Of a stretch of 64,000 nt of DNA, positions 1 through 9,444 are shown one piece after another (positions within the stretch are counted from its first letter, which is position 1; each line of letters begins with the position of its first letter). The DNA lies in the NCBI GenBank assembly GCA_902500995.1, contig CABVSR010000001.1, forward strand, positions 73,416 through 137,415, read 5' to 3'. The DNA is from an uncultured Nitrospira sp. Its GTDB lineage: Bacteria > Nitrospirota > Nitrospiria > Nitrospirales > Nitrospiraceae. Below the pieces are notes generated by a model. The model was not told where the DNA came from. It did no database searches and saw only the letters and a program-made list of their open reading frames with translations. The translations under genes and the position numbers were made by a program.

Positions 1-336
1 GATGGTAAAGAAGTCCTGCCCCGCCAGCAGTCCGGCCATCAGACGGATACCCGTCCCTGAATTGCCGCAATCGATGGGGCCAAACGGTTCCGCCAATCCC
101 CACATGCCTTTGCCGTAGACCGTGAGCGATTCGGGCGTCTCCTCGATCCGCACTCCCATCGACTGGAAGGCGCGCATGGTATTCAAGCAATCTTCGCCTC
201 GACAGTAATCCCTCACGGTGCTCGATCCCTCGGCCAAGGCCGTGAGGATGATGGCTCGATGCGTGACGGATTTATCGCCCGGCACGGTGATGGTGCCCTT
301 CAGCGGGCGGCCTGGCGTGATCGTTAACGAGGCCAT
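1..336 (-). CDS. aroA: EPSP synthase (3-phosphoshikimate 1-carboxyvinyltransferase), 5' part; runs off the window start
   Basis: Not in the ORF track. Reverse complement from ATG at 336 reads MASLTITPGRPLKGTITVPGDKSVTHRAII (PGDKS motif); directly follows tyrA. Confidence 0.92.
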   Translation of the reverse strand, partial: MASLTITPGRPLKGTITVPGDKSVTHRAIILTALAEGSSTVRDYCRGEDCLNTMRAFQSMGVRIEETPESLTVYGKGMWGLAEPFGPIDCGNSGTGIRLMAGLLAGQDFFTI

Positions 337-342
337 CTCAGC

Positions 343-1239
343 TTAGGCTTTCCCCGCCGTCCGGGGCGTGAGTTGTTCCCGTTCGTGTTTGGCCTTGTCC
401 AGTTGCTTTTCGATCCCCGCCGCGTCGCCGGCGGCGATGAGCCGCTTGAGCTCACCGAGATGGCGCTCGTACGTTTCAATTAACGAGACGACGTTGTTCC
501 GATTCCACAAGAAGATGTCTCTCCACATTTCCGGCGAACTGGCGGCGATCCGGGTGGTATCACGCAACCCCCCGCCGGAATGTCCGGCAAGGTCCAGTTC
601 CGGTACGCCATGGTCGCGCACATCCGCCAACGCGGTCATCAATGCAAAGGCCGCCACGTGCGGAAGGTGACTCACCGCACCAAGGATCTTGTCGTGCAGA
701 AAGGGATCCATCTCCAGCACGATCGAACCAGCCAGTTCCCAGACGTTGCGCACGATCTCCAGTGCCTCGGGATCGGTGTGGGCGGTAGGTGTCAGAATGC
801 ACCGTGCGCCGGAAAAGAGCGTCTCTGTCCCGGCTGCCACACCGGTTTTTTCCTTGCCGGCAATCGGATGGGCGCCGACGAATCTCGCACCAGACGGCAG
901 CAGGGCCTCCGACTTGGTGACCAATTCCCCCTTCACGCTGCCGACATCGCTCACGATGGTCCCGGGCTTGAGGCATCCGGCCCATTCCTGCAAATGGCGC
1001 TCATAAGTGTCCACCGGCGTAGCCAGCAATACGAAGTCTGCATCTTCGACGCCTTCGCGCGGGTCAGACACGTATCGATCGATGGCGCCGACCTCAATCG
1101 CGGTTTTGAGATTCTCCACGCGGCGCCCGATGCCGACGACCGAATCCGCCAGCTTCTGCCGACGCAGGATCATGCCCAAGGAGCCACCGATGAGCCCGAC
1201 CCCGATAATGGCCACTTGTTTGAAATGCGGTGTCGTCAT
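343..1239 (-). CDS. tyrA: Prephenate/arogenate dehydrogenase
   Basis: Rossmann GVGLIGGS, DVGSVK, GAHPIAG, HD..LGAVSHLPH and RIAASSPEMWRDI motifs. Confidence 0.95.
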   Translation of the reverse strand: MTTPHFKQVAIIGVGLIGGSLGMILRRQKLADSVVGIGRRVENLKTAIEVGAIDRYVSDPREGVEDADFVLLATPVDTYERHLQEWAGCLKPGTIVSDVGSVKGELVTKSEALLPSGARFVGAHPIAGKEKTGVAAGTETLFSGARCILTPTAHTDPEALEIVRNVWELAGSIVLEMDPFLHDKILGAVSHLPHVAAFALMTALADVRDHGVPELDLAGHSGGGLRDTTRIAASSPEMWRDIFLWNRNNVVSLIETYERHLGELKRLIAAGDAAGIEKQLDKAKHEREQLTPRTAGKA

Positions 1240-1290
1240 GCAATCACTACCGTCTTCAAATCTCCAATGTTCAACCGATCGCCTGAATCC

Positions 1291-2304
1291 TTACAATGTG
1301 CGATCGACGGCGGCGGCGATTTTGCGCAAATCTCCCATCAGTTCTTTGAATTTCGACGGCCGGATGGACTCCTCCCCGTCACAGAGGGCGCATTCGGGAT
1401 TGGAATGGACTTCGATCAAGAGGCCATCCGCTCCGGCGGCGATCGCCGCCTTGGACATCGGTGCCACCAGATCCCACTTGCCGGTGGCATGACTGGGATC
1501 GACAATGACGGGAAGATGGGAGAGATCCTTGAGCGTCGGGATGGCCGCGAGATCCAACGTGTTTCGATACTGCGTTTCAAAGGTGCGGATGCCGCGCTCG
1601 CACAACATGACATTGCGATTGCCGCGAGACATGATGTACTCCGCGGACAGCAAAAATTCCTTGATGGTGGCCGACAGGCCGCGCTTCAACAAGACCGGTT
1701 TATCATAGGCGCCGACTTCCTTGAGCAGCTCGAAATTCTGCATGTTCCGGGCGCCGATCTGAATGATGTCGGCCTTCTCGAGGAACAGTTCGATATCGCG
1801 CGTGTCAAGGATCTCGCTCACCACCGGCAAGCCGGTCTGTTTCTTGGACTCCACCAGGTAATCCAACCCCTCGCGCCCTAGCCCCTGAAAGGAATAGGGC
1901 GAGGTACGCGGCTTATACGCGCCGCCTCGTAAAACCGTGGCACCGGCCGATTTGACCTCGTGGGCGATCCCGACCGTCAATTCCAAGCGTTCGACCGCGC
2001 AGGGGCCTGCCATGATCGTAATTTTCTTGTCGCCGATCTTGACGCCGTTCACGTCAATGATTGTGTTTTCCTTTTTGAATTCCCGGCTGACCAACTTCCA
2101 GGGAGCCAGAATCGGCAACACGCTTTCCACGCCTGGTAAGGCGGTCAACGGCTGATTGTGCAAGATCCGGTCATCCCCGATCACTCCGATGATGGTGCGT
2201 TCTTGCCCCGCGGAAATATGCGACTTTAGCCCCAATTCTCGAAGCCGGTCGGTAATGTGATCGACTTCCCGCTCCGAAGCATCAGGCTTCAAGACAATAA
2301 TCAT
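1291..2304 (-). CDS. aroF: DAHP synthase type I-beta with N-terminal regulatory domain
   Basis: [37 protein letters not shown] and DPSH motifs. Confidence 0.95.
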   Translation of the reverse strand: MIIVLKPDASEREVDHITDRLRELGLKSHISAGQERTIIGVIGDDRILHNQPLTALPGVESVLPILAPWKLVSREFKKENTIIDVNGVKIGDKKITIMAGPCAVERLELTVGIAHEVKSAGATVLRGGAYKPRTSPYSFQGLGREGLDYLVESKKQTGLPVVSEILDTRDIELFLEKADIIQIGARNMQNFELLKEVGAYDKPVLLKRGLSATIKEFLLSAEYIMSRGNRNVMLCERGIRTFETQYRNTLDLAAIPTLKDLSHLPVIVDPSHATGKWDLVAPMSKAAIAAGADGLLIEVHSNPECALCDGEESIRPSKFKELMGDLRKIAAAVDRTL

Positions 2305-2322
2305 GGTCTCGTCTCGCTTTCC

Positions 2323-3408
2323 TTATTTCGACGCGCCTATGACGTCTTCCAGCGCGCTCAGGAACAAGTGGTTTTCTTCCGGGAGGCCGATGCTCACGCG
2401 GAGCATGCGGCCCTCGATGTGGCGCACGATGATGCCCTTGGCCAGCAGCGCATCGAATACCGCGCGCCCGTCTCTTCCGACATCGAAATACAGAAAATTC
2501 GTTTCACTGGGCAAGGCTTCAAACCCGAGCCGCTGCAGACCCGCCCGCACCTTGTCCAGTTCGCGATGATTGAGCGACCGGCTTGCGGCCACATGGGCCT
2601 CGTCGTCCAGCGCCGCCAGCGCGGCACGTTGGGCCAGACTGTTGGCGTTGAAGGGAGGACGGATGCGGTTCAGGTAATTGGTGATTTCCGGGGTGGTGAT
2701 GCCATACCCGATGCGCAGGCCGGCTAATCCATAGATCTTGGAGAAGGTCCGCAAGACGATGACCGGGCGCCCGGCTTTGACATAACCAAGCGACTCAGGA
2801 AATTCCGGATGCCGCACATATTCGTAATAGGCTTCGTCAAACACGACGACGACATGGTCCGGCACCAATTCCATCAACGCCGCCACCTCCGCCTTGGTCG
2901 CCATGGTGCCGGTCGGATTGTTGGGGTTGCACACAAAGAGCAGCCGGGTCTTCTCCGTGATGGCGGCGGCCATGGCCGGCAAATCGTGATGCCAATTGTT
3001 CTGCGGCACTTCCACCGCCACACCGTGCGCGGCCTTGACCTCCATTTTGTATATCACGAAGGTGTGTTCGGCCATCACAGCCTCGTCTCCCGGCGACAGG
3101 AAAGTTCGCGCGAGCAATCCCAGAATTTCATCTGAGCCGTTTCCCAGGATGACCTGGTCTGGCGCCACCTTCCACCGTTCGGCTAAGGCTCCGCGCAAGC
3201 GAAAGGCCCCGCCGTCGGGATACCGGTGTAGCGTCGGGATCGTTTCGGCCAAGACAGCCATGGCTTTGGGCGACGGGCCGATAGGATTTTCATTCGAGGC
3301 CAGCTTCACGGCGCGCGGCAATCCCAACTCCCGCTGCAGTTCTTCGATGGGTTTTCCCGGCACGTACGGCACGAGGGATGCGATATCGGGGTGCACCTTC
3401 AATGGCAT
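2323..3408 (-). CDS. hisC: Histidinol-phosphate / aromatic aminotransferase
   Basis: KLASNENP, NPNNPTG, DEAY and RTFSKIYGLAGLRIGY (PLP lysine). Confidence 0.95.
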   Translation of the reverse strand: MPLKVHPDIASLVPYVPGKPIEELQRELGLPRAVKLASNENPIGPSPKAMAVLAETIPTLHRYPDGGAFRLRGALAERWKVAPDQVILGNGSDEILGLLARTFLSPGDEAVMAEHTFVIYKMEVKAAHGVAVEVPQNNWHHDLPAMAAAITEKTRLLFVCNPNNPTGTMATKAEVAALMELVPDHVVVVFDEAYYEYVRHPEFPESLGYVKAGRPVIVLRTFSKIYGLAGLRIGYGITTPEITNYLNRIRPPFNANSLAQRAALAALDDEAHVAASRSLNHRELDKVRAGLQRLGFEALPSETNFLYFDVGRDGRAVFDALLAKGIIVRHIEGRMLRVSIGLPEENHLFLSALEDVIGASK

Positions 3409-3425
3409 GGCGTCACTCAGGGCCT

Positions 3426-4502
3426 CTAGGAATAGGCGGGATACGACCCGAGAATCTTCATGAACAGACAGCGACTCTTCACTTCCTCGGCCGCCTTCTT
3501 GACCCGCTCCTCGTCGATATGGCCCTCGATGTCGACAAAGAAAATGTACTCCCAGGCTTTGCGACGCGAAGGGCGCGATTCGATCTTGGTCATATTCAGG
3601 CCGTGAGAGGCAAACGGTCGCAAGAGGTCGTACAGGGCGCCGACCTTGTCCTTGACCGACAACATCAGCGACGTTTTGTCTCGGCCAGTCCGCTCCGGCG
3701 CCTTTTGTGACAGCACGAGAAAGCGGGTGAAGTTATTGATATTGTCTTCGATCCTCGCCGTCACGACCTTTAAGCCGTATAACTGGGACGCCAGCTCCGA
3801 GGCGATCGCGGCGGCCGACGGATCATCCACCGACATTTCAGCGGCCCGCGCGGTACTCGCCACTTCCGACACCGGCACGTGAGGCAGGTTCGTTTCCAGC
3901 CAGTTCCGGCATTGCGCGATGGCATGGGGGTGCGAGTAAATACGCTTGATGTCGCCGGCCACCCCGCTTTTCGACATCAGATGATGCGCCACTTCCTGCA
4001 ACACTTCACCGTAAATCAAGAGACTGGAATCGACGAACATATCAAGCGTGTGATTCACCACGCCCTCTGTGGTGTTCTCGATCGGGACCACGCCGAAATG
4101 AGCGCGTCCCCGCTCGACTTCGCTGAAGACGTCCTTAATGCTGTTGACGGGAATATACTGCGCGGAGGCGCCGAATTTTTGCATGCAGGCCATGTGAGTA
4201 AAGGTCGCTCTCGGTCCGAGATAGGCGACCTTTTGAGGCCCCTCCAGGGACAACGAAGCCGACATGATTTCCCGGTATACCGCACGGATGGCCTCGGTGG
4301 GAAAAGGGCCGGTATTTTGTTTGCTAAGACGATCGAAAATGGCTGCTTCGCGGGCCGGCGTATGCAAATTCGCCTCGGCATCCTTCAGCTTCTTCAACCG
4401 GCCGATCTCGATCACCGATTTTGAACGCTCGTTCAGGAGGCGCAAAATCTGGTCGTCGAGCCGATCGATTTCTTCGCGATGGACTTGCAAATCATCAGAC
4501 AT
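3426..4502 (-). CDS. pheA: Bifunctional chorismate mutase/prephenate dehydratase
   Basis: N-terminal AroQ (REEIDRLDDQILRLLNER), PIENTTEG, SHPHAIAQC, NFTRF and ACT domain (IESRPS). Confidence 0.96.
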   Translation of the reverse strand: MSDDLQVHREEIDRLDDQILRLLNERSKSVIEIGRLKKLKDAEANLHTPAREAAIFDRLSKQNTGPFPTEAIRAVYREIMSASLSLEGPQKVAYLGPRATFTHMACMQKFGASAQYIPVNSIKDVFSEVERGRAHFGVVPIENTTEGVVNHTLDMFVDSSLLIYGEVLQEVAHHLMSKSGVAGDIKRIYSHPHAIAQCRNWLETNLPHVPVSEVASTARAAEMSVDDPSAAAIASELASQLYGLKVVTARIEDNINNFTRFLVLSQKAPERTGRDKTSLMLSVKDKVGALYDLLRPFASHGLNMTKIESRPSRRKAWEYIFFVDIEGHIDEERVKKAAEEVKSRCLFMKILGSYPAYS

Positions 4503-4594
4503 GACGGGGGGATTTCCTCCTCGCAGGACGCGCCCTTAGGGTAGGCGGGCCCGCGAAACGCGTCCAGCCGACAGGCGCAGCTGGACAAGTGGGT

Positions 4595-4624
4595 ATCCTA
4601 CAGGAGCCGCTGCGGGCATTGCAA
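4595..4624 (-). promoter_or_regulatory. Putative sigma70 promoter of the pheA operon
   Basis: TTGCAA-N18-TAGGAT on the minus strand, about 90 nt upstream of pheA. Confidence 0.55.
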
Positions 4625-4640
4625 GGATAGGTCTGGGGAT

Positions 4641-5678
4641 TCAAGGAGTTGCGAGGGAATCCGTTTCACCGGAGAACGGCAGCAGATCCTTCTGTTTCTT
4701 GAAATGTTCGTAGGCCAACCTCGTCGCCTGGCGGCCTCGGCCGGTGCGTTCCAGAAACCCCGCTTGGATCAGATACGGTTCATAGACATCCTCCAGCGTC
4801 CCCTTGTCCTCCTGCACCGCTGCCGCCAGAGAATCGACCCCAACCGGGCCTCCATGAAACTTCTCGATGACCGTCAAGAGAATCCGCCGGTCCATGTCAT
4901 CCAGCCCCGCCGCATCAACCGCCAACCAGACCAGGGCGTCCTGCGCCACTCGTTGCGTGATGCGGCCCCCCGCCTTGATCTCGGCATAGTCCCGGATGCG
5001 TTTGATCAGTCGGTTGACGATACGCGGCGTTCCGCGCGCGCGCCGGGCGATCTCCGCGGCCCCGGCCTCGTCGATGGGAATGTTGAGCAACCCGGCCGAG
5101 CGAGTCACAATCGACGTCAACTCTTGCGAGGAGTAAAACTCCAGCCGGTGTACCAATCCGAACCGGTCTCGCAGTGGTGAGGTCAAGGCTCCGGCTCTGG
5201 TCGTTGCTCCGACCAGGGTAAACCGCGGCAATTCCAGCTTGACGGTCCTGGTGGACGCGCCTTGCCCGACAACCAGATCGAGCTGGTAGTCCTCCATAGC
5301 CGGATAGAGAGCTTCTTCTACGGACGCCGGTAGCCGGTGGATTTCGTCGATAAACAACACATCCCGTTCCTGCAAATTGGTCAGAATCGCCGCAAGGTCA
5401 CCGGCATGGCTCAGGACCAGGCCAGACGTCGACCGGATGGCTGATCCCATTTCTCTGGCGATGATATGGGCGATGGTCGTCTTGCCGAGACCAGGCGGGC
5501 CATAGAAGATGGCATGATCCAAAGCCTCGCCGCGGCGCTTGGCCGCTTCGATGCAAATCTCCAGCGATTCCTTCATCCGTGATTGCCCGATGTATTCCCG
5601 CAAACTCTGCGGGCGCAGCGCCGCCTCGAGCCCACGCTCGTCGTCGGTCAACTGGTTGCTTACTGTACGGTCGGGCAT
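4641..5678 (-). CDS. ruvB: Holliday junction branch-migration helicase RuvB
   Basis: [36 protein letters not shown] and RGTPRI. Confidence 0.97.
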   Translation of the reverse strand: MPDRTVSNQLTDDERGLEAALRPQSLREYIGQSRMKESLEICIEAAKRRGEALDHAIFYGPPGLGKTTIAHIIAREMGSAIRSTSGLVLSHAGDLAAILTNLQERDVLFIDEIHRLPASVEEALYPAMEDYQLDLVVGQGASTRTVKLELPRFTLVGATTRAGALTSPLRDRFGLVHRLEFYSSQELTSIVTRSAGLLNIPIDEAGAAEIARRARGTPRIVNRLIKRIRDYAEIKAGGRITQRVAQDALVWLAVDAAGLDDMDRRILLTVIEKFHGGPVGVDSLAAAVQEDKGTLEDVYEPYLIQAGFLERTGRGRQATRLAYEHFKKQKDLLPFSGETDSLATP

Positions 5679-5707
5679 GGCATGATCCCATCAAAAACGG
5701 GGCGCAA

Positions 5708-6214
5708 CTACTTGGACTCGGGTGTCGGCCTGAATTTAGGCGGAGGCGGGGAGGCTCCCTGCCCCGGGGCAGCCGTGCTGCCGCAATCAGGCGGGCATCG
5801 AACTCCACCCTGACTCGGATCGGGCATGCTCGATCCCATCTGCTGGGACTGGCACTGTGACACCAGTCCGTTATCGACCGAGCCGCAACGCGAGGGGACA
5901 TTCGACCGGCCGACCTCGCTATAGCCCTCGGGACAGGAACCGCAGACCGACAGCATGTTACTGCCTAAGGGCACACATTGCACCAACACCGCCTCGCCGT
6001 CTTTACATAATTCCGGAGCATCGGTTCTCCCGGTGGTCGCGTAGCCCTCCGGGCAAGACCCGCAAGTCTTGCGGATGCTTTTGGGCTCTTCCTGGCCGTC
6101 GGCTGCGGAGACTGCTTCCGTCATCGAAGCACCGAGTACGACAGCCACTAGGAAGAATCCGATCCCGATTCCTCGTCGATTGATTTTGATATGCGCCCGC
6201 TCCGTCATTGGCAT
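5708..6214 (-). CDS. Secreted Cys-rich protein with a duplicated CGSCPEGY module
   Basis: Signal-peptide-like N-terminus, two 4-Cys repeats and a Pro-rich tail; fills the ruvA-ruvB gap with tight junctions. Confidence 0.75.
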   Translation of the reverse strand: MPMTERAHIKINRRGIGIGFFLVAVVLGASMTEAVSAADGQEEPKSIRKTCGSCPEGYATTGRTDAPELCKDGEAVLVQCVPLGSNMLSVCGSCPEGYSEVGRSNVPSRCGSVDNGLVSQCQSQQMGSSMPDPSQGGVRCPPDCGSTAAPGQGASPPPPKFRPTPESK

Positions 6215-6217
6215 GCG

Positions 6218-6826
6218 TCACCCCTTGGCCAGGTCTTTGAGAGCCTCTCGAATCACCTGCTCCAACCTCTCGGTCGTCACACCCGATTGTTCCACCCGTT
6301 TCAACGCGTCCTTCACATCCGGCTGCCGGTAACCGAGGTTGACCAGCGCGGATAAGGCGTCCTCGTACAACGGATTCACGGATCGCCCGGATCCAGCGCC
6401 GGCCGGCTCGCTCGCCGGGTGTAACTTCGCCACCTTGTCTTTGAGTTCCAGGGCAATCCTGGCTGCCGACTTCTTGCCGATGCCCGGGACGGTTCCCAGC
6501 CTTTCCACATCACCGGCCTGAATAGCCGTGTACAGATCCCGCACGGAAAGCGTCGAGAGAACGCTGAGTCCCAACTTCGGTCCGATGCCCGATATCCCGG
6601 TTAATAGCAGAAAGGCTTCCTTCTCGGCAGCGGTGAGAAATCCGAACAGCTGGATGGCATCCTCCCGCACATGAGTATGGATGCTGAGCGTCACGGGCTC
6701 ATGTTGATTCGGCAAGGAATAATAGGTGCTGAGAGGAACCAAGACCTCGTAACCCACGCCATGGACATCCAGGGTCACTTGTGAGGGCGCCTTGAAGGCC
6801 ACAAGGCCTGTCAGTAGGGCGATCAT
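6218..6826 (-). CDS. ruvA: Holliday junction DNA-binding protein RuvA
   Basis: GVGYEV, HVREDAIQLFGF, HhH GIGPK / VPGIGKKSAARI and ALVNLGY. Confidence 0.97.
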   Translation of the reverse strand: MIALLTGLVAFKAPSQVTLDVHGVGYEVLVPLSTYYSLPNQHEPVTLSIHTHVREDAIQLFGFLTAAEKEAFLLLTGISGIGPKLGLSVLSTLSVRDLYTAIQAGDVERLGTVPGIGKKSAARIALELKDKVAKLHPASEPAGAGSGRSVNPLYEDALSALVNLGYRQPDVKDALKRVEQSGVTTERLEQVIREALKDLAKG

Positions 6827-6907
6827 GTGATTCGGAGAAACGGGGGCGGCGGATTGATCAGGAAATTGGAAGCGCAGGCGTCGAGGCTCAGAGCCGACAC
6901 TCCTGGG

Positions 6908-7663
6908 TTACGCAGTCGCGGCGGCAACTTTTTCCATGACCTCGTCGGAGATGTCAAAGTTTGCATGGACCTTCTGCACATCGTCGTGCTCATCCAGGAT
7001 TTCCATGAGCTTTAACATCTGTTCTGCGGCCTTTTCCTCCAACGCAATCGTATTCTGAGGAATGAAGTTTAATTCAGCAAGCGTATAGTCGATTTTCGCG
7101 TCGGTCAGCGCCTTCTTGACGGCCTCAAAATCGTGCGGGCTGGTCAAGACCTCGAACGCCTTGTCGCCGACTTTGACATCTTCCGCGCCGGCTTCCAGGG
7201 CGATGGTCAGCAGCGCATCTTCCTCAACTTTACCCTTTTCAACCACCAGGACGCCCTTTTTGTGGAATTGCCAGGCAACCGCCCCGGCTTCCGCCATGTT
7301 GCCGCCATTTTTGGTCAGCAGACTGCGAATTTCGGCGACCGTGCGATTCCGGTTATCGGACGTGATTTCCATTAAGACGGCCGTCCCACCTGGACCGTAG
7401 CCTTCGAGCGTAAACTCTTCATAGGTGACCCCGGGTAATTCTCCGGTGCCTCGCTGAATGGCTTTTTTCATAGTATCGCCGGGCATGTTGGCCTCTTTGG
7501 CCTTGGCGATGGCCAAGCGCAAGCGCGGATTGCCGTCGGGGTCCCCGCCGGATCGGGCCGCAATCGTCAACTCACGGATGATGCGCGTGAAGACCTTGCC
7601 GCGCTTCGCATCGACCGCCGATTTATGCCGCTTGATTGTTGCCCAATGGCTGTGGCCACCCAT
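6908..7663 (-). CDS. yebC: YebC/PmpR family protein
   Basis: MGGHSHWATIKRHK, NPRLRLAI, EGYGPGG, TDNRNRT and DDVQKVHAN. Confidence 0.95.
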   Translation of the reverse strand: MGGHSHWATIKRHKSAVDAKRGKVFTRIIRELTIAARSGGDPDGNPRLRLAIAKAKEANMPGDTMKKAIQRGTGELPGVTYEEFTLEGYGPGGTAVLMEITSDNRNRTVAEIRSLLTKNGGNMAEAGAVAWQFHKKGVLVVEKGKVEEDALLTIALEAGAEDVKVGDKAFEVLTSPHDFEAVKKALTDAKIDYTLAELNFIPQNTIALEEKAAEQMLKLMEILDEHDDVQKVHANFDISDEVMEKVAAATA

Positions 7664-7737
7664 GGCGACTCCTCTGTGCGCGCATAGACCCGCTACCCGT
7701 CAGGTCCATGAGCGTGTGAACCGGAATTAAAAAGGTA

Positions 7738-7767
7738 GAGCTAACACAGTCCCGACAAGGGTGTCAA
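7738..7767 (-). promoter_or_regulatory. Possible promoter of yebC-ruvA-ruvB
   Basis: TTGACA-N18-TAGCTC; perfect -35, imperfect -10. Confidence 0.4.
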
Positions 7768-7808
7768 CGCGAAGCCCAAGCACAGGAAGTCTGTGGGCGG
7801 AGGAGATC

Positions 7809-8651
7809 CTACTCTGAATAGAAGAGCAATTGCAGGCCGATGGCGAGGACGAGGCCCGCCCAGATGATCTCCCAGTATGAGCGTTCCGTGGCGAGTTGCC
7901 GTTGACGCCAGCCGGAGATCAACTTTGACGAGCCCGCGGTAATCGCCATCACACCCATTATCAGATGGTGCAGGGCAATCTTGTGTGCCGCAGGGTGATC
8001 TCCATGGGAGTGGGCAAACAACATGAGCCCACCTACGACGGCAAACACCGGAAGGGGCACCGTCCACACCGCGTGGGCGAAAAGACCGAGGCGCCGAAGA
8101 AATTCGATGGCCCCTACCGCAAGGGCCAGCACGCCGTATGTCTTATGCTGCAGGACTTCCGGATCGCTGCCGGAAAACGTTTGCACGAACGTCATCGACC
8201 CGATCGGCCAGGAATCATGATCGCTCCAAATCAGGAGCAACATGCCGGCCACAGCCAGGGCCCCGGGAAGCAGGAATCGGGTCCAGGCCAGCACCGGCCA
8301 CCCCAGCGCCTGACGTAATTCGCTCAGGCCAATCAGGAGCAGAAAGATTCCCGCCAGGTGGTGATTGAATTCCGAATAGGCAATACCCTCACGCGACCCT
8401 TCCCAGCGCGGCTCCGACGAAGCCGATCCTGCATGATGGTGCCCCTGTTCATCGGCGGACGAAGCATGATCGTGACCAGCAGAGACGGCGAACGCCGAAG
8501 AGGCCACGCACAGGAAGATTGCAAAACCGCAGAGGCCCCACAACAATGGCGTCAGACATCTCGGACAAGAATTCGGTCGAGAGGGGGAAACCGGCGGGAA
8601 TCGAAGGGCCCATCCGGACTGCCGGACGGGCCGAGCACTCGTCTCAGGCAT
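7809..8651 (-). CDS. His-rich polytopic membrane protein of unknown function
   Basis: About 6-7 hydrophobic segments; His clusters HDH..GHHH, EFNHH, QHK, HSHGDH and HH; start uncertain. Confidence 0.75.
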   Translation of the reverse strand: MPETSARPVRQSGWALRFPPVSPSRPNSCPRCLTPLLWGLCGFAIFLCVASSAFAVSAGHDHASSADEQGHHHAGSASSEPRWEGSREGIAYSEFNHHLAGIFLLLIGLSELRQALGWPVLAWTRFLLPGALAVAGMLLLIWSDHDSWPIGSMTFVQTFSGSDPEVLQHKTYGVLALAVGAIEFLRRLGLFAHAVWTVPLPVFAVVGGLMLFAHSHGDHPAAHKIALHHLIMGVMAITAGSSKLISGWRQRQLATERSYWEIIWAGLVLAIGLQLLFYSE

Positions 8652-8662
8652 GCATCCGTCTA

Positions 8663-9418
8663 TTACATGAACTTCATGAACTTCTCTTTGGCTTCGTCCA
8701 TCACCTGGGCCGTGATTTCCACCAGGCCTCGCTCTTTGGCAATCCGCTCGATTTCCCGGCGAGCCATTGGCCGAATGAAATCAGGGATATTGTCCATCCG
8801 CTGCTCAGCATCTTTGGTCCACGCGATGCCGTTCGGGGAGTCGTTCTTGGAATCGTCCATGACTTGGAGCGTGATGGTCTTATACCCCTGCTTGCGGGCG
8901 TAGGCTTCAACACTGCTCTGTACCATCGGTTTGACGAAGGAGGGCAACCGTTCCAACTTTTCCTTGGCGTCGGCCGACCAGGTAAATTCGCTCGCACCGC
9001 TGCCATTCTGAGGCTTGCCGCCTGACGTCAGCCCCATTTCTGCTACCATCGCGGAGAACGGGCACCCGCCCGAGGTCTTCTCCCCGCCGGCAAGCGGCGC
9101 ACTGGCCTTCGGTGCTGCCGTCGCCGGTTGGCCGCCTTGAATTTTCTCATTTAGATAAGCAGCCATCTGCCCTGCGCCGGCCTGCGCTTCGTCCTTGAGG
9201 GTCCCGCGAGTCATCTCGAACGGTTCTGCCGTTTCCGTGCGGCCTCCCAGTTTGACACCCAGCGACGCAACCATCTGGGTTTCGCCGGGATTCGTCACCA
9301 TCGAAAACTTGGCCTCGCAGGAGGGACAGCCGAAGAACACACCGAGTGAGCCCTCACCGGGTTTTTCGACCTTTTGAAACGTCATGTAGGTCTCGCAGTT
9401 CAGGCAAACGAACTTCAT
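8663..9418 (-). CDS. Zn-ribbon (CxxC...CxxC) protein with two C-terminal PCP_red-like domains
   Basis: CLNC/CPSC, then two repeats of W(S/T)xDAxxxLxxxPxFVxPxxxxxxExxAxxxGxxxIT. Confidence 0.8.
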   Translation of the reverse strand: MKFVCLNCETYMTFQKVEKPGEGSLGVFFGCPSCEAKFSMVTNPGETQMVASLGVKLGGRTETAEPFEMTRGTLKDEAQAGAGQMAAYLNEKIQGGQPATAAPKASAPLAGGEKTSGGCPFSAMVAEMGLTSGGKPQNGSGASEFTWSADAKEKLERLPSFVKPMVQSSVEAYARKQGYKTITLQVMDDSKNDSPNGIAWTKDAEQRMDNIPDFIRPMARREIERIAKERGLVEITAQVMDEAKEKFMKFM

Positions 9419-9444
9419 AGGGTCCCCCTTCCAGGCCGAGTCGC

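Noticed and set aside
580-1881. Long antisense ORFs (e.g. 580..1881 +, 16476..17576 +, 44422..45729 -, 53749..54819 +)
   Set aside because: Shadow frames of well-supported genes in GC-rich DNA, with no recognisable motifs
2323-3408. hisC inside the aromatic operon
   Set aside because: pheA-hisC-tyrA-aroA linkage is widespread, so not novel
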